Below, in pieces: positions 8,521 to 17,660 of a stretch of 64,000 bases of DNA. The stretch is from Henriciella sp. (GTDB lineage Bacteria; Pseudomonadota; Alphaproteobacteria; Caulobacterales; Hyphomonadaceae). Made by a program: the position numbers and the translations under genes. Position 1 is the first letter of the stretch. Every line of letters starts with the position of its first letter. The stretch is taken from the NCBI GenBank assembly GCA_965212615.1, contig OZ243114.1:3287745-3351744 (forward strand), written 5' to 3'. The notes beneath the pieces were generated by a model that was given only the letters and a program-made list of their open reading frames with translations, did no database searches and had not been told where the DNA came from.

Positions 8521-10152
8521 TCAGGCAGGGGCTTTCTGTTTGGCGTCAGCGCGGATCATATCGCATGCTTTTTCAGCAATGGCGATGGTCGGGGCATTGG
8601 TATTGCCGCTGACCAGACGCGGCATGACCGAGGCATCGACGACGCGCAAGGCCTCGACCCCGCGCACCCGCAGCTGGTCGTCGACCACGGCCATCTTGTC
8701 GCCATCCGGCCCCATCTTGCAGGTGCCGACCGGGTGATAGATCGTGCCGCCGCTCTCGCGCGCATAGTCCAGCAGCGCCTCATCGCTCTGCAGGCCGGCA
8801 CCGGGCTCCATCTCGTGTTCAATATATTTGGCCAGGGCTGGCTGCTCGGCCAGTTCGCGGGCCCAGCGCAAGCCGGCCACAGCGGTCTGCTGATCAAGCG
8901 GGTCGGACAGGTAATTGGGGCGGATTGCTGGATGGCTATCATGGGCCGGCGATTTGATATGCACGCTGCCCCGGCTTTCCGGCCGCAGCTGACAGGGCGC
9001 GATGGTGATGCCGGGCTGTTTTTCCAGCACCATATCGCCGGTCTCGGTCATCTTCTGCATGTCCATCGTTGCCGGCAGGATGTGATACTGAACGTCCGGC
9101 GTGGCGAGTTCCGGCCGGGTCTTGATAAAGGCGGCAATATGCGCCGCTGACAGGGTCAGCAGGCCTTTGCGCTGGGTCAGGTATTTGAACACTTCGCCAA
9201 TCATTGCCAGCCCGCGCGACTGTTGGTTCACCGACGGGCTGCCCGGCTTCATCCGATAGCGCACGCCCATGACGAAATGATCCTGCAGGTTTTCCCCGAC
9301 CCCTGGCAAGGCAGAGACGACGTCAATGCCATGCTGTTGCAGCCGCTCCGGATCCCCGATGCCAGACAGTTCCAGCAGTTGCGGGCTGTTAATCGCGCCG
9401 CCGGCAAGGATCACCTCGGCCCGGGCGCGGGCTGTGTGGGTCTGGCCATTCTGGGTATATTCAACGCCGATGGCGCGTTTGCCTTCGAACAGCACGCGCG
9501 CGGCCAGGGCCTTGGTCTCGATATTCAGGTTCGGCCGCTTCTTGGCCGGGTTGAGATACGCCACGGCGGCGCTGCAGCGGCGGCCATTCTTGACCGTGAG
9601 CTGATAATAGGCGACGCCTTCCTGGTCCTCGCCATTGACATCGCGATGCGGCAGGCCGAGGGCCTTGCCGGCTTCGATCACGGCATCTGATACCGGATGC
9701 GGTTCAGTGACGTCAGAGACGTTGAGCGGGCCGCCTTTGGCATGCCCGTCCAGGTCATCGCGCTCCTGGTTCTGGCTGCGCAGGAAATAAGGGTGCAAGT
9801 CATCATAAGACCAGCCGCGCAGGCCGAGCTGGGCCCAGCCATCATAATCCTGTCTCTGGCCGCGAATATAAAGCAGGCCATTGATTGAGGACGAGCCGCC
9901 AAGCACCTTGCCGCGCGGCCAGGTATGCACCCGGTCATGGGTGCCGGGATCCGGCTCGGTCTCGTACAGCCAGTTGACCTTCGGATCCTTCAGCGTCTGG
10001 GCATAGCCGACCGGAATATGGATCATCATCGAGCTGTCCTTGCCGCCTGCCTCAAGCAGCAGGACAGTGGACTTGCCATCCTCGGTCAGGCGGTTGGCGA
10101 GGACGCATCCGGCGCTGCCAGCCCCCACGATAATATAGTCGAACTCGGTCAT
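8521..10152 (-). CDS. GMC-family FAD oxidoreductase (choline/alcohol dehydrogenase-like)
   Basis: The start is MTEFDYIIVGAGSAGCVLANRL (Rossmann GxGxxG). The protein has full-length GMC architecture. The 44-codon upstream extension in the ORF track was rejected. Confidence 0.85.
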   Translation of the reverse strand: MTEFDYIIVGAGSAGCVLANRLTEDGKSTVLLLEAGGKDSSMMIHIPVGYAQTLKDPKVNWLYETEPDPGTHDRVHTWPRGKVLGGSSSINGLLYIRGQRQDYDGWAQLGLRGWSYDDLHPYFLRSQNQERDDLDGHAKGGPLNVSDVTEPHPVSDAVIEAGKALGLPHRDVNGEDQEGVAYYQLTVKNGRRCSAAVAYLNPAKKRPNLNIETKALAARVLFEGKRAIGVEYTQNGQTHTARARAEVILAGGAINSPQLLELSGIGDPERLQQHGIDVVSALPGVGENLQDHFVMGVRYRMKPGSPSVNQQSRGLAMIGEVFKYLTQRKGLLTLSAAHIAAFIKTRPELATPDVQYHILPATMDMQKMTETGDMVLEKQPGITIAPCQLRPESRGSVHIKSPAHDSHPAIRPNYLSDPLDQQTAVAGLRWARELAEQPALAKYIEHEMEPGAGLQSDEALLDYARESGGTIYHPVGTCKMGPDGDKMAVVDDQLRVRGVEALRVVDASVMPRLVSGNTNAPTIAIAEKACDMIRADAKQKAPA

Positions 10153-10303
10153 GGCGGGGGTCTCCGTAATCTGGCTTTGCGCGCGCTTTGATTCCAAAGA
10201 TGACACAGGCGTCACGAATCCAAAAGGGCAACGCTGCGTCACGCTTGACGGGGCGCGAGCAAAGCCGCTTCCTGTCGCCAGCAAAACACTTAAGGAGGGC
10301 GGT

Positions 10304-11212
10304 ATGAGCAGCCTCGGAGACTATAAAGAAATCAAGCTGGAGCAGGATGGCCCAATCGCGATCCTGACCTTGCATCGCCCGGACAAGATGAACGCTTTCA
10401 CCGGCAAGATGATGCAGGAAATCATCGATGCGTTCGACAAGACCGACGCCAATGATGAGATCCGGGCCGTGATTGTCACTGGCCATGGCGACCGCGCCTT
10501 CTGTGCTGGTGCCGACCTGTCACAAGGGGCCAAGACCTTCGATTATGAAAAGCGCGCCGATATGGGCGAGGCCGGGCGCACCGAAAAGATCGACATCCAG
10601 CGCGATGGCGGCGGCCGTGTCACCTTGCGCATCTTTGACAGCCTCAAGCCGGTCATCGGCGCGATTAATGGCGCCTCGGTCGGGATCGGCGTCACCATGC
10701 AATTGCCTATGGATATCCGCATGGCCGCAGACACTGCCCGGTTCGGTTTCGTGTTCAATCGCCGCGGCATCAATCCAGAAGCCGCCTCGAGCTGGTTCCT
10801 GCCGCGCATTGTCGGCATCCAGCAGGCTCTGGAATGGTGCTATTCCGGCCGCGTCTTCCCCGCCGAGGAGGCGCTCAAGGGCGGGCTGGTGCATTCGCTG
10901 CATCCACAAGCCGAGCTGCTGGATGCGGCTAAGGAAAAGGCGATGGAGATTGCCCAGAACACCGCCGCGGTCTCGACCACGCTGACCCGTCACATGATGT
11001 GGCGCATGCTGGGTGCCAGCCATCCGATGGAGGCCCATATTGTCGACAGCGCCGCCATCTATACGCGCGGCCAGACCGAGGATGCGAAGGAAGGCGTGAT
11101 GAGCTTCCTGGAGAAGCGTGACCCGGTCTATCCGGTGAAAGTGTCTGATGGCATGCCGGGCTTCTTCCCCTGGTGGGAGGATGAGGCATTCGAATGGATC
11201 GGCGATAAATAG
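10304..11212 (+). CDS. Enoyl-CoA hydratase/isomerase (crotonase) family protein
   Basis: An AGGAGGG RBS precedes the ATG at 10304. The crotonase fold signature (RAFCAGADL...GIGVTMQLPMDIR) is present. It is divergent from the GMC oxidoreductase. Confidence 0.8.
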   Translation: MSSLGDYKEIKLEQDGPIAILTLHRPDKMNAFTGKMMQEIIDAFDKTDANDEIRAVIVTGHGDRAFCAGADLSQGAKTFDYEKRADMGEAGRTEKIDIQRDGGGRVTLRIFDSLKPVIGAINGASVGIGVTMQLPMDIRMAADTARFGFVFNRRGINPEAASSWFLPRIVGIQQALEWCYSGRVFPAEEALKGGLVHSLHPQAELLDAAKEKAMEIAQNTAAVSTTLTRHMMWRMLGASHPMEAHIVDSAAIYTRGQTEDAKEGVMSFLEKRDPVYPVKVSDGMPGFFPWWEDEAFEWIGDK

Positions 11213-11271
11213 GCCGACCCGGAACAGGCGCCGGAGAGGCTGGATTTGCTATTCTCTCCGCCGCCGCTATC

Positions 11272-11484
11272 TTGGCGCGAATGAGTAGTACAAAAGCAAG
11301 ATCGAAACGCGTGCTGGAAACGCGAAAGACAACCGGCGCGGCGGCTGTTTATGCGCTGCGGGACCGCCATTGCAAATGGCCTATGGGCGAACCGGGCAAG
11401 GCCGGGTTCCATTTTTGCGCGCAGCCGAGCCTCGAAGATTCCCCGTATTGCGAGGCGCATCAGGAAATCTCCCTGCGCGCCTGA
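11272..11484 (+). CDS. Small protein (70 aa) corresponding only to the C-terminal domain of the cell-cycle regulator GcrA
   Basis: The C-terminal motif CKWPMGEPGKAGFHFCAQPSLEDSPYCEAHQ matches the GcrA-family C-terminal domain pattern (CKWPIG...FxFCG...PYC..H). No N-terminal HTH domain is present. Confidence 0.5.
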   Translation: MARMSSTKARSKRVLETRKTTGAAAVYALRDRHCKWPMGEPGKAGFHFCAQPSLEDSPYCEAHQEISLRA

Positions 11485-11488
11485 TCAA

Positions 11489-13327
11489 TCAGGTGACCGC
11501 AGCATCCAGCAACAGATAGGTTGCCAGCCGCGGGCTCGCATTCTTGTTCGATGCATGCGTGTTTTCGAGCGCATTCAGCGCATCTGACTCTTCCAGCGCC
11601 AGGAAGTCCCGAGCCAGGGTCATCAATTCCAGGTTGCCGCGCAGGCGCTGACGCACCCGCTCAACCTGGCGTCCGGCATGTTGCGAGATCGCAGAGCGGC
11701 GCTGCTTGTCGCCTTTGCGGGCAGCAAAGGCGATTTTCTTCTTGTCCTTCGGCCGGAAAATCTCGTTCAGGCGAATGCCGGATTCCTGCAATTGGCCGAG
11801 CAGGGTTTCGGCGGTCTCTTCGCGCGACAGGGTCGAGCGTTCATCGCGTTCCATGTCAGCAATGATCTCGCTCAGCGAATGGCCCGAAGTCGGGCCCAGC
11901 GGCGCGCTGCCATGATCAGGATCAGCCTCTTCGAACACGTCTGTTTCGGTCGATGAGAGCAGGATCTCTGCCTCGCCATTCTTGTCGCTTTCCGCCTCAG
12001 CCTCGCGATCATCCTCTGACAGCATGGCTTTGGCCATACGATCAGCGCTGGCTTCGAACAGGTCTTCCTCGACCGCGCGGGACGGCGACTGAACGACTTT
12101 TTGCGGCTCTGGTGCTTCAGCGGGTGCCGGCTCCGGGGCAGGGGCGGCCTCGGCGACAGGTTTCTTCTTCGGCGTCACCCGGTCTTCCATCGATTGGGTC
12201 TTGTCGAACAGGGCCTGGCTGGCAGTGCTGACCCGGCGTTCGGAAATGTCCATCTCGGCGCGGGCGGCCATGCCGGCGGCGCGGACCGCAGCAGCGGCTT
12301 GCTGGCCGGCCTCTTTCAGGTCCGCCAGGGCGCGGGCCGCTGATTCAGAGGCTTCAAAGGTCTGTTTATGGATTTGCGCGCTGGCATCCTTGGCGCCGTC
12401 AAGCGCGACCTTGACCGACTCCATCAGGCGATCGCCTGTCGTGCCGGCTGCAGCGGCGGCGAGTTCGCCAGCGCGGGCGGCAGTTTCGACAGTCTTGCGC
12501 GATTGTTCGAGCTTTTCTTCCATGCGTGCAATCGCAAACAGGAGGGTCTCATTGCGTTCACCCGCTTCGGCGGCGAGCGTGTCCATGGCGGTAATCTTCT
12601 GGGCCAGGCTACGTCCGGTCTGATCGAGGCTGGATAGGCGGCCTTGCAGCGCATCCTCGGCGGCGGCGACTTCGCTGGCCGCAGCCTTGGCCGAGGCGAC
12701 CATCAGTTCGGCCTGTTCCGGGATGGCTTCATTGAGCAGGTCGGTCTGTTCGCGCAAATCCTTGGCCAGCTGTTCCAGGCCGGTGCGCTCATTGCCGAGC
12801 CGCTCGGCCAGATCGCGGGCATTGTCGGCGCTTGCATATGTGACCGATTCCAGCCGCTGGCGTTCATCGCCAATCTCCGCCGCCATGGCTTTCATTGCCG
12901 ACAGGGCATGGCCCATCGAGCGGTCAACCTCGGCGCTTGCCTTGGACATTTCATCAGCAAACACTTTTGCATCCTTGGCCATGGATTCAGCCGGCAGCAG
13001 CAACCGGGCTGCGGCTTCCAGCACCACCGCATTGGCGGCAGTCGAGCGGGCTTGTTCGCGCGCCATCATGCCGGCCAGGACCAGCATCAATCCCGGCAAT
13101 ATGATCGCAATCAGACCCGCAATGATCAGCGCCGGCTGCGCCTCAGCCAGCGTGTCAGGCCCGACGAGGGCAATGGTGCCGACAATGGCTGCGACCCACC
13201 ACAGGAAAGCGAGGGCCAGTCCACCCCAGGCGAGATGGCCGGATGTTTTCTGAGCGGCGTCGAGCCGCGCAACGGCTTCAGCAGGCTGCATATGCGGGGA
13301 TTCAGATACTTCACTCATGATCGTCAT
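11489..13327 (-). CDS. Membrane-anchored coiled-coil protein (two N-terminal TM helices, then a long Ala/Glu-rich coiled coil, an acidic segment and a basic C-terminus); TipN-like architecture
   Basis: 612 aa. The TM helices are GLALAFLWWVAAIVGTIALVG and LIIAGLIAIILPGLMLVLAGMM. Heptad-like A/E/L/K/R-rich segments follow. Confidence 0.65.
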   Translation of the reverse strand: MTIMSEVSESPHMQPAEAVARLDAAQKTSGHLAWGGLALAFLWWVAAIVGTIALVGPDTLAEAQPALIIAGLIAIILPGLMLVLAGMMAREQARSTAANAVVLEAAARLLLPAESMAKDAKVFADEMSKASAEVDRSMGHALSAMKAMAAEIGDERQRLESVTYASADNARDLAERLGNERTGLEQLAKDLREQTDLLNEAIPEQAELMVASAKAAASEVAAAEDALQGRLSSLDQTGRSLAQKITAMDTLAAEAGERNETLLFAIARMEEKLEQSRKTVETAARAGELAAAAAGTTGDRLMESVKVALDGAKDASAQIHKQTFEASESAARALADLKEAGQQAAAAVRAAGMAARAEMDISERRVSTASQALFDKTQSMEDRVTPKKKPVAEAAPAPEPAPAEAPEPQKVVQSPSRAVEEDLFEASADRMAKAMLSEDDREAEAESDKNGEAEILLSSTETDVFEEADPDHGSAPLGPTSGHSLSEIIADMERDERSTLSREETAETLLGQLQESGIRLNEIFRPKDKKKIAFAARKGDKQRRSAISQHAGRQVERVRQRLRGNLELMTLARDFLALEESDALNALENTHASNKNASPRLATYLLLDAAVT

Positions 13328-13597
13328 TATTAACTTGACTGCGGCAAAAATGCGAGGCTTGGGCGCATTTCATCATTGTCATACTTGCAAAGCCTGAACC
13401 AGCCGTGAACTTCGGCGCACCGATTTGAGCATAAGTCTCGGTGTTTAAACGAAAAATACACTGCATTCTTGCGCGAGGCGCGAGCCGGTAATCAGCCAGA
13501 TCGGAACATTATAGAGGACCGCTGTCAGGGCGGGTTTCGTGCGCTGGGTGCAAAGACATGCGCAAACTCCCTTATTGGGCGAGTCGACAGGCGTGTC

Positions 13598-13966
13598 CTA
13601 AGCCGGCTCAAGCTTGGACTGGAAGCTGATCTGCAATCCGTCCGGCCCTTCCAGCATGTAGATGCGCTCGCCATGCGCATCCATCGGCCCTTTCGGGGCG
13701 AGCCCATTGGCGCGCGCCTGTTCGGCATAAGCGTCGGCATCATCGACCACGACTTGCAACATGGTCATGGCATTGAAGCCGTCCATTTCCGGCCAGACCT
13801 CGACCCAGCTGGTTTCGCCGGCAGGGAAGACTGCGCCCTGGAATGTGTCGCTGGCGCCGAGGTCGCGCTCGCTCAGGCCAAGCCCGCCGGCGCCGAGAAA
13901 CCGGGCAATCGACTCGGCCTGTTTCGAGACGGTGCAATAGCGAATGCCGAGAACTTTCATGATCAT
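13598..13966 (-). CDS. VOC (glyoxalase/bleomycin-resistance fold) family protein
   Basis: 122 aa with VOC-like beta-alpha-beta-beta-beta modules. Confidence 0.65.
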   Translation of the reverse strand: MIMKVLGIRYCTVSKQAESIARFLGAGGLGLSERDLGASDTFQGAVFPAGETSWVEVWPEMDGFNAMTMLQVVVDDADAYAEQARANGLAPKGPMDAHGERIYMLEGPDGLQISFQSKLEPA

Positions 13967-14134
13967 TTCCTTTCAAACACTTGCAATACGCCTCGGCTTA
14001 GGCCGCAGCGGCCGTTGGCGCGATCGCCTGTTCGGGTGATTTTCGCGAATGACCGCGCCTGGGCGATGAATAGGCCAAGCTGGCGCGCACTGGTCAATGG
14101 ATTTCTATTTGGGCATGAAAGGCAGATGACACGA

Positions 14135-14539
14135 TCAATCCTGATCTGGGCGGCCTTGCTCGCCGCTGCGGCCTTCGCGCTGCAATGGATCGAGTATCAG
14201 TATCTGACCCGGGCGTTCGCGACCGAGTTCTACATTGTCTTGATCGGCGCGGCTTTCCTGGCCCTCGGCCTGTGGCTCGGCCGGATGTTGACGCCGGCCC
14301 GGCCGGCAGCCGAGTTCGCCCTGAATGAAGCAGCGCTGCAATCGCTTGGAATCACCCAGCGCGAACATGCGGTGCTCGAACAGCTGGCGCTTGGGCACTC
14401 CAACAAGCAAATCGCCGCGGCGCTGCATGTCTCGCCGAACACGGTCAAGACCCACATTGCCCGCTTGTATGACAAGCTCGAGGTCAACCAGCGGGTGCAA
14501 GCGGTGCAGAAGGCAAAGGATTTGCGGCTTATTCCGTGA
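14135..14539 (+). CDS. Membrane-anchored LuxR/FixJ-type HTH transcriptional regulator (two TM helices plus a C-terminal HTH)
   Basis: The HTH is EQLALGHSNKQIAAALHVSPNTVKTHIARLYDKLEV. Two N-terminal hydrophobic helices are present. The in-frame sequence upstream of 14135 in the ORF track is antisense to the VOC gene. Confidence 0.7.
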   Translation, partial: SILIWAALLAAAAFALQWIEYQYLTRAFATEFYIVLIGAAFLALGLWLGRMLTPARPAAEFALNEAALQSLGITQREHAVLEQLALGHSNKQIAAALHVSPNTVKTHIARLYDKLEVNQRVQAVQKAKDLRLIP

Positions 14540-14698
14540 CGGCGGAAGGGCGGCAGAGCGGCGATCAGCGAGAGCGGCATGCGCCGGGCGCGAATGGCAA
14601 TTTCCAGCAAAGTTGAAGCCCGCCGTTCAATTCGCAGCCCTGATTGGCTATGAAGGATCCGAGAACGCCCGCAACCCAACCGACCAGGACGATGCAAC

Positions 14699-15157
14699 AT
14701 GATCCGAATTTCAGCCACGATTGCCGCCTTCGCCATTGCGACATTTTCCGCGAATGCCGACGCGCCGATGAACAAAGCCGAGATCGCTGAAGCCGCCCGA
14801 TCCGGCATCCAGTTCGTCGATAATGATTATATTCGCCAAAGACAGGCGGAGAATGCCGAACTGATGCTGATCGATGTTCGAACCCGGCAGGAATATGATC
14901 TCGCTCGCATTCCCGGCGCAAACTGGATCCCCCGGGGCATGGCCGAATTCGAGATCGCAGAGACCGTGCGCGATGCAGACACGGAAATCATCGTTTATTG
15001 TCGAACCGGAAGCCGCGCCGCCTTGGTCAAGAAATCACTTGATGCACAGGGGTATCGCAATGTCTCCGCGCACGCGGGATTTGACACTTGGACTGAGGCC
15101 CGTCGCCCAGTGATCAATGATCTCGGTATGTTTGTGCTTGTCGATGAGGAGGAGTAG
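14699..15157 (+). CDS. Periplasmic rhodanese-domain sulfurtransferase
   Basis: Signal peptide MIRISATIAAFAIATFSANA. The active-site loop IVYCRTGSRA contains the rhodanese Cys. Confidence 0.75.
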   Translation: MIRISATIAAFAIATFSANADAPMNKAEIAEAARSGIQFVDNDYIRQRQAENAELMLIDVRTRQEYDLARIPGANWIPRGMAEFEIAETVRDADTEIIVYCRTGSRAALVKKSLDAQGYRNVSAHAGFDTWTEARRPVINDLGMFVLVDEEE

Positions 15158-15448
15158 GGCTGGGGTCGTTCGGGACAGGTCTGCGTTCGGCGCCGGCGGG
15201 GGCGTTGCCAGCGACCTGCATTTTGAGCCTCATCCTGAGCGAAGTCGAAGGACGAGGCGGTCTGGAAGCAGAGGCCTCGGAAGCCCGGCCCTTGCTCCTT
15301 CGACATTGCTCGCGAAGAGGGCCTGACGTGACAATGCCCGCGCCTGCCGCGAAGCAGACATTTGGAAATGACTGCAAATCCGATAGCTCCGCATTTGCGA
15401 GACGCTCACCGCGGGTTCGCATGCGTTCCTCACCCCGCTCTGCCGATT

Positions 15449-17398
15449 TTATCTGGGCGGCATGCAGCGTTGCAAGAACCGGTTGATGTAAATCAGGATC
15501 TCAGTGTTCACATCGTCACTGTAATTTCTGTGACCAACACCTTCCAATTCGACAAGTTTGACGTCTATCCCCGCGGCCCAGGCCTGCTCGGCAAATTGTA
15601 AGGATTGTTCGAAAGGGACGATTTCATCGTCCTCGCCGTGAAGCAGGAGAACCGATGTTTTCAACGCCTCGACATGCGCGATCGGAGAGACTTTTTTCAA
15701 GTGCATGGGGGTCTTGTCCGGCACGCCGAAGCGCTGCTCCCAGATCGATTTGACATATTGCTCAACCGGGTCACTCGTATCGTATTGCGCGAGCATGGTG
15801 TTCAGACTGCTCACCCCGTTCAAACTCACCGCGCAAGAAAACTGGTCCGGCGCAGTGGTTGCTGCCATCAAAGACGCATAGCCGCCATATGATGCGCCAA
15901 CAATCGACCTGGATGCCGTCGCATCCAAATATCCGCCTTCAACCAAGGCGGTGACACCGTCATAGATGTCCCATTGCATTTCTTGTCCCCACTTGCCGAA
16001 GCCGGCTTGTTCGAATGCCAATCCAAAGCCGCCAGAGCCCCGGAACTGAGGCTGAAATACCGCGTATCCCCTGAATGAAAAATACTGTGCCCAGCCGTCC
16101 CAGTCAGGCGTGTCTCTGGCCACCGGTCCGCCATGAGGAATGACGATGAGCGGGGATGAAGTGTCGCCACTTCGCGAAGGCGTGAAATAACCAAAAAGCG
16201 CCATCCCATCGCGTGCCTGATAGTGGACTTTTGTGGGGACGCTCATTTCATCCGGGTCAATTCCAACCCGCGGACGAGAGATCGGGTTCAGACTCTCATC
16301 CTCAGCCCGAAACACATAATAATCGCCGGGGTGGATGGGGGACGACACGTAGATCAGCCAGGTCTGATTATCTTGTGTTGTCTCCAGCAAGCTCCAATTG
16401 ATGCCGTCGCCTAAGGCTTGATCGATCGCTGCACCGATTGTTTCAAATTCCGGATCGAACCACTTTTTTGCATAATGGTCCGCCCAATGTGCGGCATAGG
16501 CAGGGGCCTGATCAAAGCTGTCTGTGTATGCGCTGGCCAGATCGAATTGGGTGTGTTCATAAACGGCATCCGTGAAAATGCCTTGCTCGAGATCGAAAAT
16601 ATGCAGCCCGGTTCGCTCGGCTCCATGCGGTCTTGCGATCACATAATAGGTGTTGTTGTCACCGGCTTGAGAGACCGGAATAAAGTCATTTCCGAGCACA
16701 TCATGATCGAAAAACTTGCGCCATTTTCGACCGACCCGGCGATAATAGTGATCGATAGAGCCCGCCCGATTGCGCACAACTTTGATGACCGGTTGCATTT
16801 GTTGGTTCAAGAACCAGGTCTGAACGCGCTCACTGGCTCGATCGAGACGATTGGATTTTCCAGTATCCACATTGATCGAAACCAGCTCATAGCCGGATCC
16901 TGAAGGTGCAATCACGAGGATGGTTCGGGTTCTGGAATCAATCCCGATAATCTTGGGCAGGCGAATGTCTTTCTTCGTGTCGACGCGGCGCCCTTTTCGC
17001 AACACGCGAGTCTCGCCGCTGGTCGGGTCGATGACGATGAGCTGCGGTTGCACCTTTGTCCCTGAAAAGCGGCTCCAAGTATAGTTGGCGCCGTTGGCAA
17101 TGATCGCATCATCGAATGCCCAATGAACAGAGCTGTAAAGCCACTCGTCTTCATCGCGCAGGAATGATCGATCCCCGGACGATGTGGACTTGATTTCGAT
17201 CTCGTCCCAACTCGCAACCTGCTGAATGCCATGATAATGACCGGTGTTCAGCAAAGCCACAGATTGTCCATCTGGTGAGATGGAGACATCTCGTGTTTCT
17301 GGTGCGCCGACAAAAGCCTTTGGAAACTCAGCGTGCGCTGCAAGCGCAATCAAGATATAAAGAGCCAGGCCTATACTTACACGCGTAAAAAGAATCAT
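15449..17398 (-). CDS. Secreted S9-family serine peptidase (prolyl oligopeptidase / dipeptidyl aminopeptidase type)
   Basis: Signal peptide present. The catalytic motif is GASYGGY. The C-terminal alpha/beta hydrolase domain carries a D...H pair. Confidence 0.85.
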   Translation of the reverse strand: MILFTRVSIGLALYILIALAAHAEFPKAFVGAPETRDVSISPDGQSVALLNTGHYHGIQQVASWDEIEIKSTSSGDRSFLRDEDEWLYSSVHWAFDDAIIANGANYTWSRFSGTKVQPQLIVIDPTSGETRVLRKGRRVDTKKDIRLPKIIGIDSRTRTILVIAPSGSGYELVSINVDTGKSNRLDRASERVQTWFLNQQMQPVIKVVRNRAGSIDHYYRRVGRKWRKFFDHDVLGNDFIPVSQAGDNNTYYVIARPHGAERTGLHIFDLEQGIFTDAVYEHTQFDLASAYTDSFDQAPAYAAHWADHYAKKWFDPEFETIGAAIDQALGDGINWSLLETTQDNQTWLIYVSSPIHPGDYYVFRAEDESLNPISRPRVGIDPDEMSVPTKVHYQARDGMALFGYFTPSRSGDTSSPLIVIPHGGPVARDTPDWDGWAQYFSFRGYAVFQPQFRGSGGFGLAFEQAGFGKWGQEMQWDIYDGVTALVEGGYLDATASRSIVGASYGGYASLMAATTAPDQFSCAVSLNGVSSLNTMLAQYDTSDPVEQYVKSIWEQRFGVPDKTPMHLKKVSPIAHVEALKTSVLLLHGEDDEIVPFEQSLQFAEQAWAAGIDVKLVELEGVGHRNYSDDVNTEILIYINRFLQRCMPPR

Positions 17399-17406
17399 CT
17401 GAATCC

Positions 17407-17457
17407 CCCGATTTTGACTTGCACTAAATCGGGAAACCCAAGGCTGTCAATTGACAG
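17407..17457. promoter_or_regulatory. Two palindromes upstream of the S9 peptidase: CCCGATTT-N11-AAATCGGG and a perfect 14-bp CTGTCAATTGACAG, with an embedded TTGACT
   Basis: Read directly from the sequence. They lie 9 to 59 bp upstream of the start codon at 17398. Confidence 0.35.
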
Positions 17458-17660
17458 TGGATTGCTACTCTTGGGGGTGCCTGTTCTGGCTCGCAAAACC
17501 GTCAGGATCAGATTGATGGTTGGTTTGTCGCGGCCTTGATGCGGCCCCAAAGCCGACGCTTCCAGCGCCGCTTGCGGCCGATGACAGCAAATCCGAACCC
17601 TTTAGACGGATATGCCGCCGTCATCCGTTACAGCGCTTAAGCGATTGCAAGGGGACTTTC

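Noticed and set aside
10153-10284. 44-codon N-terminal extension of the GMC oxidoreductase ORF
   Set aside because: The conserved Rossmann start MTEFDYIIVGAG begins at 10152. The extension would consume the divergent promoter region shared with the crotonase gene.
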